A stretch of 64,000 nucleotides of DNA from Candidatus Shapirobacteria bacterium (lineage in GTDB: Bacteria > Patescibacteriota > Microgenomatia > UBA12405). The first letter of the stretch is position 1; each line of letters starts with the position of its first letter. This document shows, piece after piece, positions 27,512-38,427 of this stretch. The position numbers and the translations under genes were made by a program. The stretch is taken from the NCBI GenBank assembly GCA_041658125.1, contig JBBAAS010000002.1, positions 8,951 through 72,950 of the forward strand. Reading direction: 5' to 3'. Below the pieces are notes generated by a model, which was given only the letters and a program-made list of their open reading frames with translations, was not told the origin of the DNA and searched no databases.

Positions 27512-30500
27512 TTACGGAGTTGGAGTGACTCCTGGAGCCAGAGATTTTTGATAACTATCCCTAAAAATTTTTGGCACGAAATGCATCATATCGAGACTTG
27601 TCAGTGTCTTTTTGGGAAGACCGGTAATAATTACATTATTTCCAAATAGACCTTTAATAGTGTCGTATTTCTTGGAAAAAAGTTTTTCCTCCATCATCAT
27701 TTTGGCCTCATCATAGCCAATGGCCGTTGACAAATAGGTTACGCCATCTATTACGTAGGAGGTTTTAGCAGGATTGATAAGCGAAGCTAAAGCCTGAGGA
27801 ACGTTGTTGCTATCGTACAAATAGAACATCTTGAGGTCTTCCAAAGGAGTTTCAGTGACAAGTAGATTGTCACCTGCTTTAGTTAGTCCTGCTAAATTAG
27901 CTTTGCTAAAGATATGATATTCGTCCAAAATAGTGCCGGTTGGGGCTAATATGCCGACAACTTTTAATTTTGAAAGACCAAAGAAATCAGGGATTTCAGA
28001 GTTAACGCCTCTGATAAGTCCTTCTTCTTTCATCATAGCTGCCTCTTTGGCACCTAAAATGACACTACCTTGACCGGATAGATCAGCAGAACCTTCTTCT
28101 AGCTTTATTGATTCCGGTAATTTATCTATTCCGACGAACAGTTTGGGAAAGTTCTCAGCGAAGGCAATCTTTGATGGATTGTCAACCAAAACTCTATTGA
28201 TAGCCGTTTTGGTAGCCGGAGCTGCCTGAATATAAGCAGCCAAGCCTGATTTCGCTTGAACCTCTAACCCACCCATTTGGGATGAGAACCGGGCGAATTC
28301 AACGAAAACCACCAAAAAGATTGTTACCATAGCAAATGGTGCTAATCTGGAAATCCAATTAAATTTACCGGGTCGGTACAATTTGAGAGTCAACGAATTG
28401 GTAACGACCGAAACTGATGATAGAGCCATAGCTAGCCCAGCCAACTCAGGCTTGAGAATTAGACCGGCAAAAGCCAAGGTACGAGCGGCTATGGGAATTC
28501 CCAGCACATTGTAAAACAGGGCAAAAAACATGTTTTGGCGGATTTTGCCAACAGTTTCGCGGGATAAACTAATAGCGGTTAGAACGCCATTTAGGTCGTT
28601 CGTCATTATCACAATTCCGCCCGATTCCATGGCTATATCAGCGCCGGAGGCCATAGCAATTCCAAGATCGGCTTGGGTTAAGGCAGGAGCATCATTAATG
28701 CCATCACCCACCATAGCTACTTTTAGTCCTTTGTCTTGAAGTTTTTTGACTTCTTCGGCTTTGTTTTGAGGTAAAACTTCTGCCAAAACATTGGTAATCC
28801 CAACTTGCTTGGCAATAGCCTCGGCGGTGCGACGATTGTCACCGGTAATCATGTAGACCTCAATACCCATTTTGGTTAATTTGGCGACAACGGAGGCTGA
28901 CGATTCTTTGACTTGATCAGCTACGGCAATTAGTCCCAATATTTTTTCTTTATTGGCGATAATCATGGCCGTTTTACCCTCGTTTTCCATTCGTTCCATA
29001 TCGTATCCGGAGGTTAGAGGTATCTGGTTCTCCTCGAGAAGTTTGCGATTACCAACGAAGTAGATCTGACCATTTACGGTAGCCTTTACTCCGTGACCGG
29101 GAATAGCTTGAAAATCATCGATAGCATAATTTATAGCCCCAGTGTTTTGACCATAACGAACGATGGCTTCAGCCAAAGGATGCTCTGATTTTTGCTCAAT
29201 TGAGTACAAAATCGAGAGGACTGTTTGATCACCTGGTAGGTAATTTATAAAGTCGGTTACTTCGGGTTTTCCCTTGGTCAAAGTCCCGGTTTTATCAAAA
29301 ACGATTGCTTTGATTTTCTCGGCCATTTCCAGAGGTTCACCACCTTTGATGAGAACTCCGTGTTTAGCCCCTTTTCCAGTTCCCACCATAATAGATGTGG
29401 GAGTAGCTAGTCCTAAAGCACAAGGACAGGCGATGACAATAACGGCCACAAAAGCGAGAAGTGAATAAGTTAATGTGGCACCGAGTAGGAAATACCAAGT
29501 GATAAAAGTAAGAATAGCTATTCCAATAACGACTGGCACAAAAATTGAAGAAATTTTGTCAGCCACTCCTTGGATTGGTGCTTTACTCCCTTGAGCATCT
29601 TCAATTAATTTGACGATCTGGCTTAAGGCGGTATCAGCCCCAATTTTAGTGGTTTTAAATTCAAAAGAGCCAGTTTTGTTAATCGAGGCGGTATAAACTT
29701 TTGAGCCAATTTGCTTTTCAACCGGAAGTGATTCACCTGTCAAAATTGATTCGTCGACAGCTGAATAACCGTTTATTACTTCACCATCAACAGGAATTCT
29801 CTCTCCCGGACGTACCACAATAATGTCGTCAACCACCACCTGCTCAACAGGAATATCAATTGGTTGTCCGTTGCGCATTACCCGAGCGGTTTTGGGTGCT
29901 AACCCCATTAATTTTTCGATAGCTTCGGAAGTTTTACCCTTGGCTTTAGCTTCTAGAAATTTACCTAAGGCCACAAAAGTAACCAAGAAAGCGGCCACTT
30001 CAAAATAAAGGTTGGGGACTTTGGTGCCATTAAGTCCAATAATTGAACCGGTTTCACTTAAATATTTAATAAATTCATAAACACTATATGTAAAAGCAGT
30101 ACCAGTACCGATAGCGATTAATGAATCCATTGAAAAAGTTCGCATTTTTAGAGCTGACCAAAAGCCGGCAAAAAAGTTGGAACCAACATAAAAGAGAACT
30201 GGGGTTGCCAATAACAGTGATACTATTCCGGCATAAGGCATGATAGTGGTCTTTAGAGGAATGGCATTGGTAAAGTCATAAGCCATAAACAAGATCATGG
30301 GTAAACTAAGGACAAATCCCATGACAAATTTAGAAAACCAATAGCTAATTTCATGTTGGCGTTTTTCTTTTTGATCCTCTTCTTTTTCACCAGGCATCGT
30401 AGCTTTGTATCCGGCATTTTCCACACCTTTGATTAAATCTTCAACTTTAGCGGTCATTGGGTTGTAAACAATTCTGGCTTTTTCGGAGGCAAAATTAACA

Positions 30501-30937
30501 TTGGCTTCAGTCACACCCGGGACTTTTTTAAGGGATCTTTCAATCAACCCGGCACATGAAGAACAATGCATTCCACTCAAACTTAATAGTGCCACTTGAG
30601 TATTTGAAGAGGCGATAACTTTCAGGGGTAATTCTGAGTGCCCATTACTTTTGATGTTTACAGAACCGTCTTCTTGAGGAACAGCCGTATATCCGGACTC
30701 TTTAACATTGGCGACTAAATCGGTAACTTTTATTTTAAATGGATCAAAATCGACCACCACCTGTTTGTTTTCTAAGGACGCCGCTACAGAAGTAACTCCT
30801 TTTTGATCTTTGAGACCCAAGGTTATCAACTTAGGGCATGAAGGACAGTGCATATCGGAAACCGATAAAATCACCTGCTTTGATTTTATTGTTTTTGCCA
30901 TAGTTTCAGTTGAGACTGGCGGTATAGCCAATTTCAT
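27512..30937 (-). CDS. copA: Copper-translocating P1B ATPase (CopA) with two N-terminal HMA domains and about 340-aa C-terminal extension
   Basis: Two HMA domains with MHCPSC and [23 protein letters not shown] and [10 protein letters not shown] are present. After the last core TM (..LKLYRPGKF) come one more TM helix and about 300 soluble residues. The likely start is MAKTIKSK at about 30901. Confidence 0.85.
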   Translation of the reverse strand: MKLAIPPVSTETMAKTIKSKQVILSVSDMHCPSCPKLITLGLKDQKGVTSVAASLENKQVVVDFDPFKIKVTDLVANVKESGYTAVPQEDGSVNIKSNGHSELPLKVIASSNTQVALLSLSGMHCSSCAGLIERSLKKVPGVTEANVNFASEKARIVYNPMTAKVEDLIKGVENAGYKATMPGEKEEDQKEKRQHEISYWFSKFVMGFVLSLPMILFMAYDFTNAIPLKTTIMPYAGIVSLLLATPVLFYVGSNFFAGFWSALKMRTFSMDSLIAIGTGTAFTYSVYEFIKYLSETGSIIGLNGTKVPNLYFEVAAFLVTFVALGKFLEAKAKGKTSEAIEKLMGLAPKTARVMRNGQPIDIPVEQVVVDDIIVVRPGERIPVDGEVINGYSAVDESILTGESLPVEKQIGSKVYTASINKTGSFEFKTTKIGADTALSQIVKLIEDAQGSKAPIQGVADKISSIFVPVVIGIAILTFITWYFLLGATLTYSLLAFVAVIVIACPCALGLATPTSIMVGTGKGAKHGVLIKGGEPLEMAEKIKAIVFDKTGTLTKGKPEVTDFINYLPGDQTVLSILYSIEQKSEHPLAEAIVRYGQNTGAINYAIDDFQAIPGHGVKATVNGQIYFVGNRKLLEENQIPLTSGYDMERMENEGKTAMIIANKEKILGLIAVADQVKESSASVVAKLTKMGIEVYMITGDNRRTAEAIAKQVGITNVLAEVLPQNKAEEVKKLQDKGLKVAMVGDGINDAPALTQADLGIAMASGADIAMESGGIVIMTNDLNGVLTAISLSRETVGKIRQNMFFALFYNVLGIPIAARTLAFAGLILKPELAGLAMALSSVSVVTNSLTLKLYRPGKFNWISRLAPFAMVTIFLVVFVEFARFSSQMGGLEVQAKSGLAAYIQAAPATKTAINRVLVDNPSKIAFAENFPKLFVGIDKLPESIKLEEGSADLSGQGSVILGAKEAAMMKEEGLIRGVNSEIPDFFGLSKLKVVGILAPTGTILDEYHIFSKANLAGLTKAGDNLLVTETPLEDLKMFYLYDSNNVPQALASLINPAKTSYVIDGVTYLSTAIGYDEAKMMMEEKLFSKKYDTIKGLFGNNVIITGLPKKTLTSLDMMHFVPKIFRDSYQKSLAPGVTPTP

Positions 30938-31124
30938 GAATTGAATTTATAAGCGCATCTGTTGAAGTTTTTTGTGGATCAAAGTTAACAACGACAGTCT
31001 TACTATCAAGTGATGCCGATGCTTCGGTAACACCATCAATTTCCAGTAAAGTTATTTTTATTAACTTAAGACAAGAATCGCAGTGCATATCGGGAACGCT
31101 AAGAGTGATATTTTGGTTTGACAT
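30906..31124 (-). CDS. copZ: Copper chaperone CopZ (HMA domain protein)
   Basis: 72 aa, MHCDSC metal-binding motif, ferredoxin-like HMA fold. Confidence 0.8.
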   Translation of the reverse strand: MSNQNITLSVPDMHCDSCLKLIKITLLEIDGVTEASASLDSKTVVVNFDPQKTSTDALINSIHEIGYTASLN

Positions 31125-31147
31125 ATTTAGTTAAAAATAATTAATAA

Positions 31148-32677
31148 TTATTTACTACCTCCGCAAGTGGAGCCACCTCCGCCGCCACAACCACAACCTT
31201 TGGCGCCTGATCCGACTGGTTGGACTCCGGCAGCAGTTCCGGTTGAACCACTGGCATCAACAATTTCGACAGTACCGGAAACCATACCCATCCAACAGCT
31301 GAACTTGTAGACTCCGGGTTTTGGAGAAGTAAATTCCTTAACTGATGTGGTGCCATCGACCAAATCGATTTGGCCGTCAAAGAGACTGCGGGACATAATG
31401 GCATTGGTACAGCCGCTTATATTGTTGGTAGCAATTTCCCATCTGGTAGGAGTGTTGGCACGCATACGAATTCGATTAGGTACATAACCACTTGAAGAGG
31501 CATCTATTTTGACTACCTGCTTGCCATTAACCATTGGAGGTAATTCACCTGCAGTTAGGGAAGTTTGAGCACTAGTCGGTGCTGAAATAAGATCGTTAAC
31601 GTTGGAGATTCCTAGAACTGATAACTGTGAATTGATATTGAAGGCGGCGAAAAATAATACTAATAACCCTGCCACCATGGAAAATTGTTTTGATGACTTT
31701 GGATTACTGTGGAATTTAACACTGCTAAGACCAATGGCTAATAACCCCGGCACTGTACCAAGAGCAAACAGACCCATAATCAGTGCTCCTTGAAGTGGAT
31801 TACCAGAGGCCAGAGCTAGAGCTTGAGCCGTAATAGTAAAACCGCAAGGTAAAAAGAAAGTTAGTGCACCCATAAGTAAAGGAGCAAACCGACCTCGGAA
31901 GTTTGATTCATCGGCGACTTTCCTGGTAATCGATTTAGGTAATCTAATTTGAAAATTACGAAGTGCTTTGACCCCGACCATTTGTAGACCAAGTAAAACC
32001 ATGATGAGCGAAACCCCAATAACTAGTCCGGCAGAGACTATTGGAGATAATCTAAAGAAGTTACCTGCCATACCTAAAATAGCACCAAAACCAGCATAAC
32101 CCGCCACCCGACCAATGTTAAAGAGAAAGTGGGGCTCAGCTTTATTTAAGATTGAGTCAGAGTCACTATAAGATGAGAGCCATTGTTTACTTAAAGACAA
32201 AATTATTCCACCAACCAAGGCGGCACAACTGGAAACTCCAGCCAATAATCCAAATAAGAAAAAAATGGGCAGAGATGACTGAGCGTTAACTGAAATTAAT
32301 GAGGACAGACCTGTTTTTGAGAGAAAAATGTATCCAATGATAAAAGCGGCGGCGATAAATAATAAAGTGTATGGATTCGATGGTTCTTCATCCGGCATAG
32401 CACAATGACTATCAGTCGCAATTTGTGTAGATTTCTTAAATGGATTTGGAGAAAAGCGGTAACCATCTTCGGCAAAAATATTATTTAGATATTCCGGAGT
32501 AATTTTTTTATCCGCCTGATATTCAATTGTGACTGTTCCTTTTGAAAGTGAAACATCAACCATTTCCACCGAGTCCTCTTTAACTATTTTCTTTTCGATT
32601 AATATTTCGCAGGATGCGCAATGCATCCCCCGTACATAGTAGGTGGAGGTCGTGAGTGTTGGTTTTTGTTTTAACAT
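31148..32677 (-). CDS. Fusion protein: HMA domain, polytopic membrane domain (CcdA/DsbD-like?), cupredoxin-like domain, Cys/Gly-rich tail
   Basis: N-terminal MHCASC HMA domain. About 8 TM helices with a LPCG motif. C-terminal FSCWMGMVSGTVEIV cupredoxin-like motif. Terminal GCGCGGGGGSTCGGSK. Confidence 0.5.
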   Translation of the reverse strand: MLKQKPTLTTSTYYVRGMHCASCEILIEKKIVKEDSVEMVDVSLSKGTVTIEYQADKKITPEYLNNIFAEDGYRFSPNPFKKSTQIATDSHCAMPDEEPSNPYTLLFIAAAFIIGYIFLSKTGLSSLISVNAQSSLPIFFLFGLLAGVSSCAALVGGIILSLSKQWLSSYSDSDSILNKAEPHFLFNIGRVAGYAGFGAILGMAGNFFRLSPIVSAGLVIGVSLIMVLLGLQMVGVKALRNFQIRLPKSITRKVADESNFRGRFAPLLMGALTFFLPCGFTITAQALALASGNPLQGALIMGLFALGTVPGLLAIGLSSVKFHSNPKSSKQFSMVAGLLVLFFAAFNINSQLSVLGISNVNDLISAPTSAQTSLTAGELPPMVNGKQVVKIDASSSGYVPNRIRMRANTPTRWEIATNNISGCTNAIMSRSLFDGQIDLVDGTTSVKEFTSPKPGVYKFSCWMGMVSGTVEIVDASGSTGTAAGVQPVGSGAKGCGCGGGGGSTCGGSK

Positions 32678-32721
32678 ACTACATAGTGTAGTATGTGTCT
32701 AGAGTACTGTCAATGGGCAAA

Positions 32722-33666
32722 TTATTGGCAATGATCGGAAGTAGAAAATACGTTACTTTGGGGGTGTATTGCAGTAACTAAAGGTTGGCTATTGGGAGTG
32801 ACTAACAACTCAATACATTTAAGTAAATGCTGGCAATCATAAAAGATATTGGTGTTTTTCACAAACAATGCTCCGGATAAAATTACCATCAAAACTAACG
32901 AATAGTAAGCCATTGGTATTTTTAAAAACTGCTTCTTTTGACCTACTAATATTTTAATTCTTTCGCTTTGACTATTAAAATAACTCATGCCGGGCTCAAA
33001 ATTTTGACTCTGAAACTTTAATAGAGCTGAGACTAAAGGTAACTTATTATTTATTTTATCTTCAGAAAATTGATCCGAAGATACCTCAACTAAGGTTAAG
33101 TAGTTTTCGATTAACCAATTCTTTCCGGGAATAACTGGTAGAACTGATTTAACAAAATTAGCCACAAATATTTTCAGAGGATGCAAGTTGTTTTTGTGGT
33201 TTATTTCGTGTTCGATCATGGCACTTATTTCCTCTTGGTTGTGAGTTTTAAAAATAGCTGATGATATAAAAATCTTGGGTCTAAAAAATCCTAAAGTAAA
33301 AATAGAGATTTCACTTGATTTAAACCTAGAGAACTCCTTGGCCATACCAACAATCTCAAGTTTATTTGCAATCGCTTTGGCCCCACCAGCACTTTTAATT
33401 GATTTAACTAGAGTTTTGATATATCTAATCATAAGTCCAATTAAAATTATTCCCGGAACAACATTGAGTAAAAATAATTTGGAAGTTACCAACCCAATGA
33501 GGCTGTTGTCAAATTTTAAAGCATCCAATAAAAAGATTATTTGCATCATAAAAGCCGGAATGATCTTTTCCGAGGCAAAAACAAGCAGGGCAGTATAAAA
33601 AAGACCGGAAAAAGCAATTAAATAAAAATAAAGATTAGAAATTAAATTTAATCTTTTGGAGTTCAT
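32722..33666 (-). CDS. M56-family (BlaR1/MecR1-like) membrane zinc metallopeptidase sensor
   Basis: HEINH matches the HExxH motif, within a polytopic membrane protein. It is directly downstream of a BlaI-family repressor gene and overlaps it by 4 nt. Confidence 0.55.
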   Translation of the reverse strand: MNSKRLNLISNLYFYLIAFSGLFYTALLVFASEKIIPAFMMQIIFLLDALKFDNSLIGLVTSKLFLLNVVPGIILIGLMIRYIKTLVKSIKSAGGAKAIANKLEIVGMAKEFSRFKSSEISIFTLGFFRPKIFISSAIFKTHNQEEISAMIEHEINHKNNLHPLKIFVANFVKSVLPVIPGKNWLIENYLTLVEVSSDQFSEDKINNKLPLVSALLKFQSQNFEPGMSYFNSQSERIKILVGQKKQFLKIPMAYYSLVLMVILSGALFVKNTNIFYDCQHLLKCIELLVTPNSQPLVTAIHPQSNVFSTSDHCQ

Positions 33667-34037
33667 TTATGTGATTCAAGATATTTCTTTAATAAAGTCA
33701 TATCTTCTTTATTATTTTTGACGACATCAACAAAGTTGGCAATGGCTGTTTTTCCATAAGAATTAACCAAATCGCCAAAGATATCTTTTAAATTTGTTTC
33801 GACGAATACTTTTCGACATGAGACGGGTGAATAAAGATAGACTTTACCCTCCATTTTTCGCTTAAGTATTTTTCTTTCAGATAACCTCTTTAAAATCGTC
33901 ATCACAGTGGTGTAGGCATAGCCCTCACCGAGTTGTTCCAAAACTTCGGCTGGCTTTAGCGGATTTTCTGTTTTCCAGATAATATCCATTATCTTTGTTT
34001 GGAGAGAACCGAGCATCTCTGTATTTACGTGCTTCAT
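33663..34037 (-). CDS. BlaI/MecI/CopY-family transcriptional repressor
   Basis: Winged-helix penicillinase-repressor pattern (LGSLQTKIMDIIW...YAYTTVMTILKRLSERKIL...GKVYLYSP). Confidence 0.75.
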   Translation of the reverse strand: MKHVNTEMLGSLQTKIMDIIWKTENPLKPAEVLEQLGEGYAYTTVMTILKRLSERKILKRKMEGKVYLYSPVSCRKVFVETNLKDIFGDLVNSYGKTAIANFVDVVKNNKEDMTLLKKYLESHK

Positions 34038-34101
34038 ACTACATAGTGTAGCACTTGAAAATAAAATATCAACAACAGGGGAAAAGATGGAGTAAAATAA
34101 G

Positions 34102-34722
34102 ATGATGAGAAAGTATTTGGGGTTGCTGGTTTTGACAGCAATATTGCTTGCCGGCTGTGTTAAAGAAAAAGAAACTGAAATAATGAAGGTGGGGACCGAA
34201 ACGGGGAAATGTAAAGAAGAAGCGGTGGCGATTACCGGTTACGGAGATAAAGGAAAAAGATTAAGTAATTGTTTTGTTGAGTATCCGGGAGAACCGACAA
34301 GAGAAGATAAAAGTTACTATGTATTGGAAGATATTTGTGGGCAGTTTACCAAAGAATTTATGGAAAGGGTTTTAGAAAAGCCGGTAGTGAGGGTAGAGCC
34401 ATCAAAGATTAACAGCCTTTATAATTGCAGTTATTATGTAAACGACAGCGGAGATTATGTAATGCTGGTGCTGGATTATTTAAAAGCGGAAAACCAAAAA
34501 CTAGGGCATGAAGCGATAGGAAGAAGAGTGGAGGTGAGCGATAAAATCCCGATGAAAAATATGGTGGTGTGGCAAGAAGACGGAGCAATTAATTCGATTT
34601 ATTTGGTGCTGGGAGAGGAAAAATTTATCAGCATTCAGCGATCGTCAACCAAGGCGTTAACCAATGAGGAAGATTTGAATTTGGCGGCAAAAATCGGAGA
34701 AACAATAAAAAACTACAAGTAA
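34102..34722 (+). CDS. Predicted lipoprotein, hypothetical
   Basis: Signal peptide with a lipobox (LLAGC). Confidence 0.4.
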   Translation: MMRKYLGLLVLTAILLAGCVKEKETEIMKVGTETGKCKEEAVAITGYGDKGKRLSNCFVEYPGEPTREDKSYYVLEDICGQFTKEFMERVLEKPVVRVEPSKINSLYNCSYYVNDSGDYVMLVLDYLKAENQKLGHEAIGRRVEVSDKIPMKNMVVWQEDGAINSIYLVLGEEKFISIQRSSTKALTNEEDLNLAAKIGETIKNYK

Positions 34723-34801
34723 GCACCGGTGATTAGGAATAAAATTCAGCTAATTTTCAGAATTAACAAATAAACTTGAGTCATTAGAGATTATAAATAA
34801 A

Positions 34802-35242
34802 ATGAAAAGTACAAATATATTATTGGCGGTGTTAATTTTAATTTTAGTTGGTGGCGGAGCATTTTTCGCAGGGACAAAATATCAGCAAAGTAAAACACCA
34901 CAAGTCGGAGCAAGAGGACAATTTGGAAACGGACAAACGGGAGGTAATAGACAAGGAACGGGAATGAGAGGAGGAGCGGTTGTGGGAGAGATTCAAAGCC
35001 TGGACAGCAATACTTTAACAATAAAGACTCAAGATGGCGGTTCAAAAATAGTAATATTGTCAGATTTGACAAAAATTAATAAAGCGGCAGAAGCAACTAA
35101 AAATGATTTAATGACAGGACAGACGGTAAGCATATTTGGAACGGCTAACACTGACGGAAGTGTGACGGCTCAAAACATTCAGCTAAATCCGATAATGCGA
35201 GCGCCGGGAAACAGCACCGGAACACCAACGCCGACAAAATAA
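34802..35242 (+). CDS. Secreted/membrane-anchored Gly/Gln-rich hypothetical protein
   Basis: N-terminal TM/signal segment and a low-complexity GQFGNGQTGGNRQGTGMRGG region. Confidence 0.35.
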   Translation: MKSTNILLAVLILILVGGGAFFAGTKYQQSKTPQVGARGQFGNGQTGGNRQGTGMRGGAVVGEIQSLDSNTLTIKTQDGGSKIVILSDLTKINKAAEATKNDLMTGQTVSIFGTANTDGSVTAQNIQLNPIMRAPGNSTGTPTPTK

Positions 35243-35419
35243 CTAGCTAGCCAATTTGGTAATTGAAATTCGGGTTTAGTTCGGGTATAATAAGGCTGTG
35301 AAGGTAGCTACCGGATGGATTATTAAAGTAATTTTAGGGTTGGCTTTAATTGACTGGATAGTGTTAAAAGATTTGGCAGGGACAATAACAAAGTTAATGG
35401 AGTAAAATAAGAATAAGTT

Positions 35420-36088
35420 ATGGGTTTTGAATTTAAAATGAAAAAACTATTTCTAGGATTAGTAGTGGCAGGAGGAGCGATATTTTTAGGAGGGTGTACT
35501 TTGTTTAATAATTCCAAAACGGAAATTAAGGAAGAGATAAATTCAGAAGAGTTGACACAAACACAAAAACAGGAAGGAGGCCAAATGAGCTTGGGAGAAA
35601 TTTTGGGGGGAAAGTCACAAAAGTGTAGTTGGACCGTTACAGACACAAAGGGAAATATGAACGGAATAATTTATGTGGATGGAAAAAATTTTAAACAAAC
35701 AATTAAAATTGAAGGGCAGAATATGGAAAGTTATGTATTAAGCGACAGCAAGTGGTTGTATATGTGGAGCTCGGCAAATCCAAAAGTCGGAACAAAAATG
35801 CAAATTCCTGACCAAACTAAGGGCGGGGAAACGGCAACTTTGGGAGCGGCAATTGATTGGCAGAAAAAATATGACTATAAGTGTGAAGGATGGACGCCAA
35901 CGGGAAAAGAGTTTGAATTGCCAGTGGGAACAGTATTTAGCGATTTATCAAAACAACTACAGAGCCTGACAGGCACTCCCGGCTTTTCAATGGACGAGGT
36001 TAAAAAGAAAACATGTGAATTTTGCCAACAAATAGGAACAGAAGCGGAGAAAAAAAGTTGCCTTGAAGAGTCCGGGTGTAACCAATAG
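35420..36088 (+). CDS. Predicted lipoprotein, hypothetical
   Basis: MKKLFLGLVVAGGAIFLGGC lipoprotein signal. Several Cys in the mature part. Confidence 0.4.
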   Translation: MGFEFKMKKLFLGLVVAGGAIFLGGCTLFNNSKTEIKEEINSEELTQTQKQEGGQMSLGEILGGKSQKCSWTVTDTKGNMNGIIYVDGKNFKQTIKIEGQNMESYVLSDSKWLYMWSSANPKVGTKMQIPDQTKGGETATLGAAIDWQKKYDYKCEGWTPTGKEFELPVGTVFSDLSKQLQSLTGTPGFSMDEVKKKTCEFCQQIGTEAEKKSCLEESGCNQ

Positions 36089-36107
36089 GATTTGGTAGAA
36101 TTGGAAA

Positions 36108-37319
36108 GTGAAAAAATATGTTTTTTGGGGGGTAGTGATCGCATTTTTTGTGTTTCTAAGGTGTTGGAAGATTGAAGAAAGAATTAATTTTTCGATGGAT
36201 CAAGGAGAGTCCCTGTTAAAAGTGAGAGAGTTATGGAAAAATAGGGAATTGACACTATTGGGTCCGCCAAGTTCGTTGACGGTATTTGGCAGGCAGTTCT
36301 TTTTCGGACCAATGGTTTATTACCTGTTGATGGGAATAATGCTTTTAGCTAATTGGCAACCGATCAGAGGAGCAGTGATATTGGTACTGTTAAATTTGGG
36401 GTCGATGATATTTTTATATCTGGGGGTAAAAAAACTAATAAATAAGGAGGTGGCAAGATTAAGCTGTCTTTTGTGGGTTTTTTGCCCGGCAAGTATTGAT
36501 TATTCAAATAATTTATGGAACCCAAGCTTAATGTTGCTGATAATACCAGTGGCAATATATTTCTTTGCCTTAACAGCAAAGAGAGGAAAATTTTTTGATT
36601 TTGGATTATTAGGATTAAGTTTAGGGGTAGGGTTACAGCTTCATTTTCAAGTGGCAATACTGATTGGACTGACGGCGTTTTTCGTAATTATTAGAAAAGA
36701 AGGAAAGGGGATATTTTGGTATTGCCTGGGTTTAATAATTGGATATGCTCCATTACTTCTGTTTGATATAAGAAATAATTTTTACAACGTAGAAACAATG
36801 TGGTTGTGGTTGAATGAGGGGAATAAAACGAGATTGACGTTATCTGATCATTATTTTTTAAGTTGGTGGCCAATAATAATAATTGGCTTGGGATGGTTGG
36901 GTAAAAAGTACCGATACGTAGGTATAATAACGATAATTGTTTTGATGGTAATGGCAGGAAAAACTTTAACAAGAAGCCAAGCTAAAGGAATGCCTGATTT
37001 TTGGAATTATAAAGACTTAAAGAAAACGGAAGAAATTATATCGGAACAAAAAAATGAGAAGGATTTTAATATAGTTAATTTACTATCCGGAGATACAAGG
37101 TTTTACCCCCTGAGATATTTATTAACGATTAAGGATATAAAACCGATGCCGGTCAACAAGTACAGTGAAGCAGAACAGTTGTGGGTGATAGCAGATAATA
37201 ATCAAAAGGTGACGGATAATCCGGTTTGGGAAATCAGTAGTATGGGAAAAAGTAAAATCAGTAACGTTTGGCAAATAAATGAAAAAGTAAATTTATATAA
37301 GTTGATGAAAGACAAATAA
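36108..37319 (+). CDS. Polytopic membrane protein, GT39/ArnT-like glycosyltransferase candidate
   Basis: About 10 TM helices plus a C-terminal soluble domain. The overall architecture resembles PMT_2/GT39-family proteins; the assignment is weak. Confidence 0.35.
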   Translation: MKKYVFWGVVIAFFVFLRCWKIEERINFSMDQGESLLKVRELWKNRELTLLGPPSSLTVFGRQFFFGPMVYYLLMGIMLLANWQPIRGAVILVLLNLGSMIFLYLGVKKLINKEVARLSCLLWVFCPASIDYSNNLWNPSLMLLIIPVAIYFFALTAKRGKFFDFGLLGLSLGVGLQLHFQVAILIGLTAFFVIIRKEGKGIFWYCLGLIIGYAPLLLFDIRNNFYNVETMWLWLNEGNKTRLTLSDHYFLSWWPIIIIGLGWLGKKYRYVGIITIIVLMVMAGKTLTRSQAKGMPDFWNYKDLKKTEEIISEQKNEKDFNIVNLLSGDTRFYPLRYLLTIKDIKPMPVNKYSEAEQLWVIADNNQKVTDNPVWEISSMGKSKISNVWQINEKVNLYKLMKDK

Positions 37320-37335
37320 AAAGTGATAGAGAAGA

Positions 37336-38388
37336 TTAGGGGCTGAAAATACCGCGATTGAGATTTTCGTGGGTAATTGAGGGAGTAACACGAAGAAACT
37401 TGGCTTTTTGATGAAGTTCGGGGATGTTAAAAGCGCCGCAGTAGGAAAGGCCGGAACGGATACCCATTTCCAATTTTTGAAGAGTGTCAGCAATCGGACC
37501 AGTAGACGGAACTAAGCCTTCAATACCTTCGACATAACTTGTATATTCTGCCGATTTATCGGCAGGATTTTGGGCTAATTGACTAAGTTTTTCAGTTTTA
37601 GAAGTAGAGCCATTGTAGGTTTTGTAGGGCTGACCATTAACCTCAACCGGCTTACCGGCAGACTCATCGGCTCCGGCAAGTAGAAAACCGGTAGAGATAG
37701 CGTCAGCACCAGCAGCCAGAGCTTTGACGATATCGCCAGAGTTTTTAGTACCGCCGTCGGCAATAAGAGGTCGATTAAATTCCCGGGCCGCTTTGGCGGT
37801 CTCGAGAATGGCAGTAATTTGAGGAACACCACAGCCGGTAGTCATTCGAGTGGTACAAATGGAACCGGGACCGACACCAACCCGAACAGCATCGGCACCG
37901 GCATCATAGAGGTCATAAGCGCCGTTATAGGTACCAACGACACCAGCAATAATTTCCAAATCGGGATAACGTTTTTTGACGTCCTGAAGAAAAGTGAGAC
38001 AAGATTCCTGATGGCCGTGAGCAATGTCAATAGTAATAGCCCGAATGCCGAGAGAATAAAGTAAATCAACCCGGGCGTGTTCCAGAGGCTTAATACCAAC
38101 AGCAGGAATAGTCAAAAAACCGGCGTCTAAAATTTGCTTGATTTCCGCGGCCTGAATGGGCGGTGGGGCAAAACGGGGGTAAAAACTAGTACCGCCATAT
38201 TTGGCCATAGAAACAGCCAGATTGACTCCAGTGACACAGTCCATATTTTCAGCAATCAGGGGAAAATCGATGGCGATTTTGGGAGTTAAATGAGTTTTAA
38301 GAGAAATTTGACTGCGGGAAGAAACCCTAGAACGCTGTGGTTCCAAAAGGACGTCAGAAAAAGTTAAAGCCAAAGGAAAATCAGTCAT
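37336..38388 (-). CDS. guaB: IMP dehydrogenase/GMP reductase family protein (CBS-less)
   Basis: Catalytic loop GVGPGSICTTRMTTGCGVPQ. The N-terminus at MTDFPLALTFSDVLLEPQRS is typical for IMPDH. The track ORF extends to 38484. Confidence 0.75.
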   Translation of the reverse strand: MTDFPLALTFSDVLLEPQRSRVSSRSQISLKTHLTPKIAIDFPLIAENMDCVTGVNLAVSMAKYGGTSFYPRFAPPPIQAAEIKQILDAGFLTIPAVGIKPLEHARVDLLYSLGIRAITIDIAHGHQESCLTFLQDVKKRYPDLEIIAGVVGTYNGAYDLYDAGADAVRVGVGPGSICTTRMTTGCGVPQITAILETAKAAREFNRPLIADGGTKNSGDIVKALAAGADAISTGFLLAGADESAGKPVEVNGQPYKTYNGSTSKTEKLSQLAQNPADKSAEYTSYVEGIEGLVPSTGPIADTLQKLEMGIRSGLSYCGAFNIPELHQKAKFLRVTPSITHENLNRGIFSP

Positions 38389-38427
38389 AGATAATTTAAG
38401 TCTAGCAGAAATTGATAAAATAGACCG

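Noticed and set aside
25161-31404. Short antisense and alternate-frame ORFs inside the two P-type ATPase genes and the HMA-permease fusion gene
   Set aside because: They are embedded in long, motif-supported CDSs on the opposite strand or in another frame.
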